Source of the DNA: a virus
Virus record (IMG/VR): IMGVR_UViG_3300021476_000002
Location: 16,578 to 80,577 of that record
DNA length: 64,000 bases
Strand: one strand, 5' to 3'
Positions within the stretch are counted from its first letter, which is position 1; every line of letters starts with the position of its first letter. The notes under the pieces were generated by a model. That model was not told the origin of the DNA, did not search any database, and was given only the letters and a program-made list of their open reading frames with translations. A program made the translations under genes and the position numbers. Of the stretch, positions 17,057-26,084 are shown piece by piece.

Positions 17057-17320
17057 ATGGGGAAGAATGTAGTTATGACAAAGAGACGTGAAGACACAGG
17101 GGAGAAAATCCGACCCGCGCTTACAAAAGCCGAGGCGGACATGCTTCATACTCTAGAAGAGTTCTTTAAGGACAATGGGCACGCTCCGACAATTCGTGAG
17201 TTAGGCGCGGCCTATAACCTTAAGTCCCCCGAGACGGCCCAAAAGTACGTCAAGCGGCTCAGGGATAAAGGGTATGTCTCATGGGAGTTAGGCAAGGCCA
17301 GGACTTTGATAGTGCTATGA
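17057..17320 (+). CDS. LexA-type winged-HTH DNA-binding domain only (no peptidase domain)
   Basis: LT..E..ML..LEEFFKDNGHAPTIRELGAAYNLKSP.T....V.RL..KGYV....KARTL. Confidence 0.88.
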   Translation: MGKNVVMTKRREDTGEKIRPALTKAEADMLHTLEEFFKDNGHAPTIRELGAAYNLKSPETAQKYVKRLRDKGYVSWELGKARTLIVL

Positions 17321-17459
17321 AGACATCGTTGCATTTCAAACTTGCTGGTTATTTTGCTTTCCTTGGTGTTTTTATCGCCGGATTATTTATGGTCATGTGG
17401 GTGATTTTTGTCATAACGGTGGCTATACATTTCGTAACAAAATTCTGGTGAGGTGAACA

Positions 17460-17975
17460 ATGAGACCGACTGGTTTGAAGGAATGGGCGAAGATGGAGAA
17501 GGATCGCTATAACTTGATGGGAGAAAACCTTATGTGGGCAGCGTCATGGTTTTCGGAAAAATTTTCTTATGACGCTGAAGCGGTAAAAGTTGACCAGGAA
17601 GTAGACGTGTATCTCTACACTGACGGTTACGGCGAAATCTCTGCTTCAGTTGTGCCTCATTATAGTTTCAAATTTAGTCATGAATCCCTGACTTCAGTTC
17701 GTAGGATTCTTGGTATCAGTGAAGCCGTGCGAGAGTTTTCCAAATCAATCGGGGAATTTCGGTATGTAGCCAATGTACTTGTGCCAGGACTAATCAAACC
17801 CGTAAAAATTACAATTGGAACAGTTGAGTCTCCTGTGAATTGCAAGGTAACTCGCGTAGAAAAAACCGTGACGTACTGCGAGTATGCCTCGGACTGCAAA
17901 CCGATAGAGGAGGATGGAAATGTCCCACGAGTCGAAGCATCCGTTGTCAGGCAAGACGGTTCTTCTCAAGGTTAA
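17460..17975 (+). CDS. Hypothetical protein
   Basis: GAGGT RBS; 171-aa ORF. Confidence 0.55.
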   Translation: MRPTGLKEWAKMEKDRYNLMGENLMWAASWFSEKFSYDAEAVKVDQEVDVYLYTDGYGEISASVVPHYSFKFSHESLTSVRRILGISEAVREFSKSIGEFRYVANVLVPGLIKPVKITIGTVESPVNCKVTRVEKTVTYCEYASDCKPIEEDGNVPRVEASVVRQDGSSQG

Positions 17976-18204
17976 CGACGACAAGGAACTGGTAGGCAAG
18001 GAGTACAGAATCGAAGACTGGTGGGACCGTGTATCCGGCAAATCATGGATGTGGGCGCAGGGTAATCCGGCGGCCATGAAGTATGCCATTCGTCAGGCAT
18101 TCACAAACCCTCCCGCTCCAGCCGACGATGAGGTTGTATACGGCCATGTTGACGGTTATGGTCACCTGATTCACGAGAGCGAATTGGGAGAGGTAGTACG
18201 ATGA
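17914..18204 (+). CDS. Conserved phage hypothetical protein
   Basis: GAGGAGG RBS; YRIEDWWDRVSGKSW...VYGHV...HLIHESEL. Confidence 0.65.
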   Translation: MEMSHESKHPLSGKTVLLKVNDDKELVGKEYRIEDWWDRVSGKSWMWAQGNPAAMKYAIRQAFTNPPAPADDEVVYGHVDGYGHLIHESELGEVVR

Positions 18205-18229
18205 ATCTACGACCGGGGGTGAGGCAGGG

Positions 18230-18403
18230 GTGAAGACGTTTAAGGTATACTTCGGGGAGCACCATATGCTAGGCCGGTCGGCAGAGGTGAGCGCCGAAAA
18301 CAAGGAGGTTGCGATAAAACTGGCGTGGGATTCCTTACCGGACGCCGACAAGAAGGATGTCCTGAACCTGATGGCTAAGGTGTACGAGAAGGTGTGGCCG
18401 TGA
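18230..18403 (+). CDS. Small hypothetical protein, paralog of 38096..38281 (below the ORF-track cutoff)
   Basis: Hand-translated, 57 aa; shares T.KV..G..H...EVSAE...AW.SL...VL...Y.K.WP. Confidence 0.65.
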   Translation: MKTFKVYFGEHHMLGRSAEVSAENKEVAIKLAWDSLPDADKKDVLNLMAKVYEKVWP

Positions 18404-18690
18404 GGTTGCCGTGGCAGATGGGCAGGCGGTGGAGGTTTATTGCCAGCGGCGCATACGCCCCGGACAGAGACTTCAGGGGGTATGCGTACATCCGCGAGAT
18501 GGTCGGGTACTACGTGAACGGCGAGGGGCACCGGTGGATTGAGGGGACGAACGATATACCCGACGAGAACGACAAGACAGGATGGTTCGCAGGGTCTGCC
18601 GAAGATAAGGTGGCTATTGTCGCAGGGCCAAACAGGGGATTCACCAATTGGCCAGGGGACGGGCCTGTGGGTGTCGGGCGTGCCGGATAA
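18394..18690 (+). CDS. Hypothetical protein
   Basis: Overlaps the previous stop. Confidence 0.45.
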   Translation: MAVRLPWQMGRRWRFIASGAYAPDRDFRGYAYIREMVGYYVNGEGHRWIEGTNDIPDENDKTGWFAGSAEDKVAIVAGPNRGFTNWPGDGPVGVGRAG

Positions 18691-18711
18691 TCCGACCGAG
18701 GTTGCAGTACG

Positions 18712-18912
18712 ATGAATTTACTTAACCCACGTGTAGAACCCAATGTTGTGTGGGTAATGACTGCTTGGCACGAGGGTACAGGAAAAGATATTGTTGTAGT
18801 TTACCATCTAGAGAAAGACGCGACCGAACGCTATCAAAGAGAGGTGGATAAGGCCAGCGCGGTTGGTGACAGAGTGTACGGTGGTGTCTACAGGAGAATT
18901 GTGCGATGGTGA
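18712..18912 (+). CDS. Hypothetical protein
   Basis: GAGG RBS plus ATG. Confidence 0.45.
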   Translation: MNLLNPRVEPNVVWVMTAWHEGTGKDIVVVYHLEKDATERYQREVDKASAVGDRVYGGVYRRIVRW

Positions 18913-19066
18913 ACCCAAGTCGTAAGGTTATTGTCTTGTTAAAACGAGTCGGAACAGAGCAATGCTTAGTTGTTAAACGGGGCGATATGTCTTCTGTTTA
19001 TGCAATCTTTGCGGACTCTATCAAAATCGAAGACTTACGTAAAACAGAGGCAAAGGGGACGAAAAA

Positions 19067-19453
19067 GTGACACAGTGTATGTGGCCAATGGGTGCTAAGC
19101 CGGAAGACGAAAACCGGTGTAAGAACAAAGCCACAAACGATCTTCAGGCTACCGCGAGGGGCAAGGCTCTTAGTACAGACCCGAAAGGGAATCCCGTCAA
19201 GATTCCCATAATGGGTAAGGTCCGCATGTTTGTGTGCGACGAACACCTTGAAGGCTCTAAGGCTCAGTACGGCGTAACGCCGTTCGGTCCAAACGTGGAA
19301 GACGTAATCATTGATGTTATTGTGGGGCCGTGGCCCCCGCGTCAGTATCGGGAAGACCAGCGAGTCGTGATTGGAAACCCGGCGGACGAGTACAGCGAAA
19401 AGTATGAAAACCCGGATGAGCCTTTCATACGTGGTGGGAAGGGTTGGAGATAA
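19067..19453 (+). CDS. Hypothetical protein (Cys/His)
   Basis: C...C...CDEH motif. Confidence 0.55.
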   Translation: MTQCMWPMGAKPEDENRCKNKATNDLQATARGKALSTDPKGNPVKIPIMGKVRMFVCDEHLEGSKAQYGVTPFGPNVEDVIIDVIVGPWPPRQYREDQRVVIGNPADEYSEKYENPDEPFIRGGKGWR

Positions 19454-19457
19454 GTCG

Positions 19458-20585
19458 GTGACAATCGAAACCCTGCGGTCTTATTTTCCTCGCATTGGTC
19501 GAATTGGTATGGGGTTCATGACCGACACGAAAGCAGATGGTACGAAGGCTAAGCGTCCGTTTCCTGCCCGTACAGAGACGTTTGTATTCCATGCTGACGA
19601 CGAAGACCGTGCCAAAGAGGTTGCGCGTGTTTTTGGTGGCGATGTAGCCGAGGCTATCAGCCGAGACGAAGAGGGCGGGCGCTGGCGAGTTATCACGAAG
19701 GCCAAGGAAATCGAATTCTTTCTTCCAACAGACGATGAGCGGTCGGTGGACTTTTGGATGGAGAAGTGGAACAACCTAGGGGTCGTGCGCCGATGCACCG
19801 GCAATGTGTGCGTCATGGCCGTCGTGGATAGCAAGCCTGACCCACAGACAGGAGAAGTGGTTAAGCAGACGATTCGCAACGTGCCATGTCTGTGCGAACA
19901 GGAGAACGCGCACGGTGAAGACGCCTGCGATACCACTACCAGGATGAACGTTGTGATTCCTGTCCTTAAGGATGCGCCGGGGCTAGGGGTCTGGCAGGTG
20001 CAATCCCGTGGGCGTGGCACGTGTCAAGCCATTAAGGGGTCTATCGAACTGCTTCAGGCGCTTCGGGGGAGTATTGCTCTGACTCCCCTTATTCTCGTGG
20101 CGGGCATGAAGCGCGTGCAGTACGAGGAAGACGGGCAAACCAAGAGCATGAGCGTGCCGCAGATGAGCATTGACACAACACGCTCTATGGGGCAGTACGT
20201 GGAAGAGAAGCGGTCGGCCAGGGCGTTGATTGATGTTCCCGACGTAGACCGAAATCAGCCTGTGATTGGGGCATTACCAGCACCAAAGGCTAAAGAATCT
20301 ACGGAGGTCCCGACCGGAGCGGTGAATGGAGACGCTGACGGTTCGCAGCCTAGGCCAACCGCGCTGGCTCCGGCGGACCCTATTCCCAACGATCAAACCG
20401 CTACTACGGAGCAGCGGTCAAGGTTGTGGGAATACGCTAAGGGACTTGGGATTACAAAGGATGAAGCGCGTTATATTGTAAAAACTCATTTCAACAAACC
20501 AAGCACAGAGGGCATGACTGTCGCGCAACTGGCGCAGGTCAAGGATATCATCACGAAGTTTGCGAGTGGGAGGGAAAAGAAATGA
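19458..20585 (+). CDS. Gp3-like / recombination directionality factor-like protein (phiC31 gp3 family)
   Basis: FPRIGRIGMG...RRCTG...CLCEQ...C...MNVVIP...GLGVWQVQSRG pattern; ERF-like C-terminal tail. Confidence 0.7.
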   Translation: MTIETLRSYFPRIGRIGMGFMTDTKADGTKAKRPFPARTETFVFHADDEDRAKEVARVFGGDVAEAISRDEEGGRWRVITKAKEIEFFLPTDDERSVDFWMEKWNNLGVVRRCTGNVCVMAVVDSKPDPQTGEVVKQTIRNVPCLCEQENAHGEDACDTTTRMNVVIPVLKDAPGLGVWQVQSRGRGTCQAIKGSIELLQALRGSIALTPLILVAGMKRVQYEEDGQTKSMSVPQMSIDTTRSMGQYVEEKRSARALIDVPDVDRNQPVIGALPAPKAKESTEVPTGAVNGDADGSQPRPTALAPADPIPNDQTATTEQRSRLWEYAKGLGITKDEARYIVKTHFNKPSTEGMTVAQLAQVKDIITKFASGREKK

Positions 20586-20689
20586 CAGGAAAGGCTAAAA
20601 AATGCACAACAGGAAAGGCTAAAACTTTCACGCGGGTGATGGGTGGCAGATGGGTGACGGTCAGCGGTCGGCGGGTGTACCTGTCGTGA
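20582..20689 (+). CDS. 35-aa mini-protein carrying the WVTVxGxxVY tag
   Basis: MTGKAKKCTTGKAKTFTRVMGGRWVTVSGRRVYLS; GGGAGG RBS; ATGA overlap upstream and GTGA overlap downstream. Confidence 0.65.
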   Translation: MTGKAKKCTTGKAKTFTRVMGGRWVTVSGRRVYLS

Positions 20690-20946
20690 AGGTGCCTGTT
20701 TTCGTGACGCAAAAGGATATTGACACCGGCGTGAGATTTGAACCGGCTAGGTGTCCAATTGCTCTGGCGGTGCGGCGTGCGGTGGACCCGAAGGCAAAGG
20801 TATACGCCCGCAGGATTGAATGGCGTGGTGTTGGTCTCGGTCTTTGTGGTGCGATAATGCGCGACGAGTTGGAGGAATGGCGGCGTGCGTTCGATCACGG
20901 CGACAAGGTGAAGCCAATTAAGTTCTACCTGGAGGTGCCGGAGTGA
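20686..20946 (+). CDS. Conserved phage hypothetical protein
   Basis: VTQKDID.G....CPIALAVRR...FDHG..VKP..F motif. Confidence 0.6.
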   Translation: MKVPVFVTQKDIDTGVRFEPARCPIALAVRRAVDPKAKVYARRIEWRGVGLGLCGAIMRDELEEWRRAFDHGDKVKPIKFYLEVPE

Positions 20947-21308
20947 ATAAGTCCTTGGAACAGGAACGTGAACGCCTCACAAACCACATGGCGTATATCA
21001 TGGACCGATTTGATTTCAACAGGGTGGCCATGGTTATGTCTATGTTGGGTTGGAAGTGGGTTCAGGAAGGAAAGCCAGACGCCGATGTTCCCAATCTCGG
21101 GCAAATCAAAGCCTCAGCGGCAGACTTGATGAATTATATCATTAAGGATTACGAAGGTGTGGCAATCGGAGTAGGCTCCGGTGGTTTTTATGCAAGCATT
21201 TGGATTGACCTAGAGAGCCGAAGACCGGTTCTAGATTTGAAGTTTGAATTGGAACAGTTAGACTCGTTGATGGCGGATTATTGGGATTCCCAAAAGAAAA
21301 AGTTCTGA
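20943..21308 (+). CDS. Conserved phage hypothetical protein
   Basis: IMDRFDFNRVAMVM..LGWKW...GSGGF motif; GGAGGT RBS. Confidence 0.65.
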   Translation: MNKSLEQERERLTNHMAYIMDRFDFNRVAMVMSMLGWKWVQEGKPDADVPNLGQIKASAADLMNYIIKDYEGVAIGVGSGGFYASIWIDLESRRPVLDLKFELEQLDSLMADYWDSQKKKF

Positions 21309-21467
21309 AAAGAAGGAATCCGCCCAAAAAACGTAGAAGTAGTTATGTGTTGTCCTGTAAGAAATAAAGAGAGGAACAGAGGGAAAGGAGAGGAGATTCG
21401 TAAGAGGGGAACCATTGGGAGACTCGTCGCAACGCGATCAGTTCATTTTATTAGTCTTTCGTAAGCC

Positions 21468-21495
21468 TTGACTGTAACCCTAGATAGGGTAATAT
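21468..21495 (+). promoter_or_regulatory. Sigma70-type promoter for the replication operon
   Basis: TTGACT-16-TAATAT in a ~220-bp intergenic gap. Confidence 0.5.
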
Positions 21496-21528
21496 AGAAC
21501 GCACTAATCCTTTACCGGGGGCAATTAA

Positions 21529-22266
21529 ATGCCGCGTCTTCTCCACGAGAAGATTCTCGCTAGTGAAACATTATCCGAATTGTCCGAAGGTGCCCAAAGT
21601 TTGTGGTGGAGGCTGATCGCTGCGGCTGATAATTTTGGACGGTTCCCTGCGGCAGCATCTGAGATTGTTTTGCTTTGCTATCGGTCCAATCGGTATAAAG
21701 AAATAACCGTTGCGGCGTATATGGTTGAGGAAGCGACAAAATGGCTTCGTGAGATGGAATTAGTTGGAGCAGTTGAGATATACGAGGTAGATGGTCGGAA
21801 ATATGGTCGGTTTGTGAATTGGCGTGAGTACCAGCGTGTGACTCGGAAAACTCTAGGTTTATATCCTCCGTCGCCGAGTGAGCCTGCCGCAAGAGGACCC
21901 GCAAAAGGAAAGAGTCCCCAGGCTCCAAAGGTTCTCCACCCCGTTTGCAAGTTGGATTTTGAGACATGGACATTTAAGATTGACCCTGCTTTGCTGGACA
22001 GGTGGGATAAAACGTTTGTTTATGTGGACCCGAAACAATGTATTAAGAAGGCTGAGGAGTGGGTCCAAAGGAAATGGCCAGCGTCTCGCAAGAAAGATTG
22101 GGAAGGATTTTTGGTTAAATGGATTTCTAGGGACGATATGAAAGTTATGGAATCCGGGGCGAAGCCTAGGCATGGTCATGAAGTCCCAAAGAAATTACCC
22201 GACCATGTACAGCGGTGGGTAGATAGTGCTAAAAAGCAATACCAAAAGGAGGAAGAGGGATGGTAG
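21529..22266 (+). CDS. Phage replication initiator (replisome organizer/DnaD-like)
   Basis: LSELS..AQSLWWRLIAAADNFGRF...YEVDGRKYGRFVNW..YQ wHTH N-terminus; directly upstream of DnaB. Confidence 0.75.
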   Translation: MPRLLHEKILASETLSELSEGAQSLWWRLIAAADNFGRFPAAASEIVLLCYRSNRYKEITVAAYMVEEATKWLREMELVGAVEIYEVDGRKYGRFVNWREYQRVTRKTLGLYPPSPSEPAARGPAKGKSPQAPKVLHPVCKLDFETWTFKIDPALLDRWDKTFVYVDPKQCIKKAEEWVQRKWPASRKKDWEGFLVKWISRDDMKVMESGAKPRHGHEVPKKLPDHVQRWVDSAKKQYQKEEEGW

Positions 22267-23651
22267 ATCGTACACCGAGGAATGATTTGGCTGAGCAGGC
22301 GGTTCTTGGTGGTCTCATGCTTGAGGGTGAGTTAGTAAAGACGGTTCGGCCTTTCTTGAGCGAGGTTTCATTTTACTCATCTAAACATCAGGAAATTTTC
22401 GGGGCTATTACATGGCTTGACGATCACGGTCAGCCGATTGATCTTTTGTCTGTAACGGACGTGCTTCGCAAGACAGGCAAATTGGACGATATAGGCGTGT
22501 TGTATATCACGTCTTTACCGAACACAATCCCAACGACCGAGAATTTGGACTATTATGTTCAATTGGTTCAGGATGCCGAGAATCAGCGTCAGACGATTCG
22601 GTTGGGGCAGGAATTGCAAATACTTGGGCGGGACGGCCTTATGACCCCAGAGGAGCGGTACACAAAGGCTAACGAGTTGCTGAAGGCTGCGATGGGGTCT
22701 GTGCGGTCTAAGAGTAGGATTGTGGGGGCCGCTGAAGGTGTGCAGTCAGCATTAACGGAATTGGGGCGTGCCATGACTACTAAACCAGGAGATGTGCCGG
22801 GGGTTCCCTTTCCGTTTGTTTTGCCGGTTCTGAATGGTGCAACGGGCGGTCAGTTGCCTTCCGAGGTGAGCGTTGTTCAGGCTCGAACAGGCGAAGGCAA
22901 AAGTGTTTTTATTGGTCAATGCCTTGAGCAAGCCGCGAAGTCTCGTGGGCATTCTCTTTTATGCTCGAATGAGATGAACCACGAACATTATTGGGCGCGA
23001 ATCCTTGCGGGAAATGCTCAGGTGAATAGCATGGTGTTTCGCAATGGGCAGGTTATGCCAGGGGACCGCGAGAAGATTTTCTTAGCCGCCAAGGTATTTA
23101 ATGACATTCCGATTTGGGTGAGCGATAAGTGCTACACCATGACGGATGTGAGGGCGTCGGCTTACGAATTGGCTGATCGTGTGGCGGACCATGGTGGAAT
23201 CAAGTGGATTGGAATTGACTGGCTTCAGTTGATGCACGGTACTGGTCGTAAGTATTCTAATAAGACATCGGAGTTGGACGAGATTTTGCAGGGGTTGAAA
23301 GAATTGGCAGCCGAATTGAATGTTCCAATTATGATAAACAGTCAGCCGAAGGTGGCGGATTATAAGTCGCAGTTGACCGCCGTGAGTGGACGTGATAGCG
23401 GTATGGTTGGATTCTTTGCAGATAACGTAATTTCTATTGAGCCGTGGCCGGAGTATGAGGGATTGAGGGTTGATGATGGGTGGGCCGCGAAGATTACTCT
23501 GACGAAGGTGCGGTCTGGCTCTGCGAAGTTACCACAGGAAGCATGGTTTGATGGGCCGCACGCGCAGTTTATTGCAATGGACGTATGGCACCAGCGGCAA
23601 AAACCCAAGTGGATACCCAATGGTAAGACAGACCAAGACGAAACCATCTAA
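22260..23651 (+). CDS. dnaB: Replicative DNA helicase DnaB
   Basis: AEQAVLGGLM...FY..KHQEIF N-domain; Walker A ARTGEGKS; SNEM; IDWLQLM; LKELAAELNVPI. Confidence 0.95.
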   Translation: MVDRTPRNDLAEQAVLGGLMLEGELVKTVRPFLSEVSFYSSKHQEIFGAITWLDDHGQPIDLLSVTDVLRKTGKLDDIGVLYITSLPNTIPTTENLDYYVQLVQDAENQRQTIRLGQELQILGRDGLMTPEERYTKANELLKAAMGSVRSKSRIVGAAEGVQSALTELGRAMTTKPGDVPGVPFPFVLPVLNGATGGQLPSEVSVVQARTGEGKSVFIGQCLEQAAKSRGHSLLCSNEMNHEHYWARILAGNAQVNSMVFRNGQVMPGDREKIFLAAKVFNDIPIWVSDKCYTMTDVRASAYELADRVADHGGIKWIGIDWLQLMHGTGRKYSNKTSELDEILQGLKELAAELNVPIMINSQPKVADYKSQLTAVSGRDSGMVGFFADNVISIEPWPEYEGLRVDDGWAAKITLTKVRSGSAKLPQEAWFDGPHAQFIAMDVWHQRQKPKWIPNGKTDQDETI

Positions 23652-23967
23652 GTCCGCGCAGGATGATTCCTGGAAGCGGAGAATAAGAGACCCTGTACAC
23701 TACGCTGAGAAATTGTGGCAGACCAAGACGGTTGAGCGAAGAGTTATAACGAGGTCCGGGAAGGTAGAGCGCAAGTCCGTTGAGGCTGAGCAATGGAGGT
23801 TGAAGGAATTGGTGCCAGTAGAAAAGCCATCAAGGCCGTGTGGATTGTGCCGGTCGGAAACATTTTGGGCGCGTGACAAGCGTGGTCCGTGGATATGTCC
23901 TGTATGCCACCCGCCACATCCGTACCTAAAGGCCGTGAAGTTGGAATGGTATGAGGTGCCATTTTGA
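23620..23967 (+). CDS. Zinc-finger hypothetical protein
   Basis: CGLC...FW....GPWICPVCHPP motif. Confidence 0.55.
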   Translation: MVRQTKTKPSKSAQDDSWKRRIRDPVHYAEKLWQTKTVERRVITRSGKVERKSVEAEQWRLKELVPVEKPSRPCGLCRSETFWARDKRGPWICPVCHPPHPYLKAVKLEWYEVPF

Positions 23968-24191
23968 GTATGTTGCCCGGTGAGGGATATCCGCCAGATT
24001 GGAAGCCCTCGTGGCTCTGGGAGGGGTATAACGTTCGGTTTGATGGAGAGTTTTATTATTTGGTGTTTGGGTCTGAGGAAATTGTGGCGCAGGTCTCAAA
24101 GGATAGTCCTTTGATTCGGGAATCGTTGATTAAGAAGATGCGTTCGCACCAGGAATTTCGAGAGAATTGGGCGAAGATGGTGTCGCGGTGA
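23964..24191 (+). CDS. Hypothetical protein
   Basis: Coupled to its neighbours. Confidence 0.5.
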   Translation: MSMLPGEGYPPDWKPSWLWEGYNVRFDGEFYYLVFGSEEIVAQVSKDSPLIRESLIKKMRSHQEFRENWAKMVSR

Positions 24192-25213
24192 TTGTTGAGA
24201 AGATCAACGCTTACTTAGAGAATACCGGCAAATCCATTACGGACGAGGCCAGGAAGGCTCTTGATATAGCCGTTGAGCAGTTTGGCTATAAAACCCGAAA
24301 GCAGTTTCTTTACGACCGTGAGAACAGGCCAGGGCATCTATATGCTACAGCCTTGACTCATCCTTGTTCCCGCAAAGCAGCGTATAACTATTTTGGATTT
24401 AAGCCCGATGAGGAATTGACCGCGAGGGTGATCTTTAACTTTTGGATAGGAGATACCGTTGAGTTGGGTGTTCTTCTTGTAGCGAGATTAGCCGGGTGTG
24501 ATGTTGGGGTCCCAAGTGACTTTTTGAAAATGACTGGTCCGTGGGAACAGCGCGAGAAGATGAAGGTGAAGTGGAACGACGTGGAGTTGGTTTGTTACCC
24601 TGATGGTGTCGTGCGTGCGGGAGTCGGCAAGGATGAGGTGTATAACAACCTTGAAGTGAAGAAAATGTCTGAGTTTGCTTTCGATCAAATGGAACGCACA
24701 GGCGAGTTAGACGACGCTTGGGGCTACAAGTCTCAGGTTATGTTGGAGGTTCTTGCCTGGAGGCAATTAGGGATTAACGTAACAGGTACGCAGTTCGTAG
24801 CCTGCCGTGGACTAACAGGGAAGTTGGGTGAATGGCATATTCCGTTTGAAACGTCCTATGTTGGGAAAGTTTTCGAGCGTCATACCATAGTGACGAATGC
24901 AACACCGGATAAACTTCCCGACAGGGCGTTTGTTCCTGTGTTGGTGAAACCCAAGCGGAAGGGTGGGGAATACCGAGAGAAGTTGGCTTTGCAATGTTCA
25001 TATTGTCCAATGAAGCGGACGTGTTGGAATGCTGATGGGCGTACAGTCGTAACGGAGATGGAGAGGCAAAAGCCGGTTTTCTATTTGGAGTCTGTTGAGA
25101 AGCAGAAGTTGTCTCTTGAGAATATGGAAACCGTAATGGATAGCGGTCAGAGTCATATAATGAAACCGGGGATGGGGTCTATTAACGACGATGAAGATAC
25201 TGGCGGTTGGTGA
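24167..25213 (+). CDS. Cas4/RecB-like PD-(D/E)XK exonuclease with Fe-S cluster
   Basis: HPCSRK; YPDG; LEVKK; YKSQV; CSYCPMKRTCW (1+3 Cys arrangement). Confidence 0.85.
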   Translation: MGEDGVAVIVEKINAYLENTGKSITDEARKALDIAVEQFGYKTRKQFLYDRENRPGHLYATALTHPCSRKAAYNYFGFKPDEELTARVIFNFWIGDTVELGVLLVARLAGCDVGVPSDFLKMTGPWEQREKMKVKWNDVELVCYPDGVVRAGVGKDEVYNNLEVKKMSEFAFDQMERTGELDDAWGYKSQVMLEVLAWRQLGINVTGTQFVACRGLTGKLGEWHIPFETSYVGKVFERHTIVTNATPDKLPDRAFVPVLVKPKRKGGEYREKLALQCSYCPMKRTCWNADGRTVVTEMERQKPVFYLESVEKQKLSLENMETVMDSGQSHIMKPGMGSINDDEDTGGW

Positions 25214-25401
25214 TGCCTACGTTTTCCTGTGCTGCGTGTAATGGAAAAGTAGAGTCTCAATCAGACCAGTTGTGGTGTACGGGATACACAGGGAAACATC
25301 ACCCCATTACCGAAATGTACATTGTGAAGATGTCTGCTTCGCAGCCTACTAAGGGGAGGGAGAAATATGGGCGCACATCAGGGAAAACCAAGGCAAAGTA
25401 G
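25207..25401 (+). CDS. Small Cys/His hypothetical protein
   Basis: CAAC...C...H. Confidence 0.45.
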   Translation: MVMPTFSCAACNGKVESQSDQLWCTGYTGKHHPITEMYIVKMSASQPTKGREKYGRTSGKTKAK

Positions 25402-26074
25402 GGCGTTGGTTTTGAATCGAGAGCCGGAAGCACCAACCAACGTATCACCAGACAAGGCGAAGATTGCTCATGAACTACATACCGATTTATTGGAGCGTAA
25501 GAACAGGATTACGGCTGAGAGTTTTGCTGTAGCCGCTATTCTTAAGCGTATCCGTGATGAGAGATTCTATGAAGCGTTAGGATACGCGCACTTCCAGGAT
25601 TACGCTCGATCTGTTTTTTCGACAGAGGCTACGGCGCACAAACTCATCTCGGTGTATGAGACCTACTACATACGGAAGCCCCCGATGTTGCCTGAGAATA
25701 CAGACTTGAGTGGGATTGATTATGACAAATTGTATATGGTTCGTCCGATGTTGGACCCAAAGAAGCCGGAAGAATCTGCTGAGTGGGTTGAGAAGGCGCG
25801 GCAGTTGTCTCGAAATGACCTGCGTGAAGTAATGGCTGAGGAGCGTAGGAAGCGTACTGGTCAGTCTGAACCCGAGGTGCAAACCGGTGGTAACGGGGAC
25901 CCCTTTAAGGAGATAAACCGTAAACTCATGCTGTTGGTGGGCAAGGTTATCAATTCCGTGAAGGTTGACAGGGATAGCAGTCTTGTTTTGGTGGCCGAGA
26001 AGACCCGGTTGCGGGTTAGGCCCGATGGGGATTTGATTGACATTCGCGTGACGGAATGGCAAAATGATAAGTAG
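25367..26074 (+). CDS. Hypothetical DNA-binding protein (DUF3102-like)
   Basis: AILKRIRDERFYEALGYAHFQDY...AHKLISVY...IDYDKLY...EWVEKA..LSRNDL pattern. Confidence 0.5.
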   Translation: MGAHQGKPRQSRALVLNREPEAPTNVSPDKAKIAHELHTDLLERKNRITAESFAVAAILKRIRDERFYEALGYAHFQDYARSVFSTEATAHKLISVYETYYIRKPPMLPENTDLSGIDYDKLYMVRPMLDPKKPEESAEWVEKARQLSRNDLREVMAEERRKRTGQSEPEVQTGGNGDPFKEINRKLMLLVGKVINSVKVDRDSSLVLVAEKTRLRVRPDGDLIDIRVTEWQNDK

Positions 26075-26084
26075 TTTAGGAGGG

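Noticed and set aside
21308-21465. Replication origin in the purine-rich gap before the initiator
   Set aside because: No iterons, DnaA boxes or clear AT-rich unwinding element could be identified by eye.
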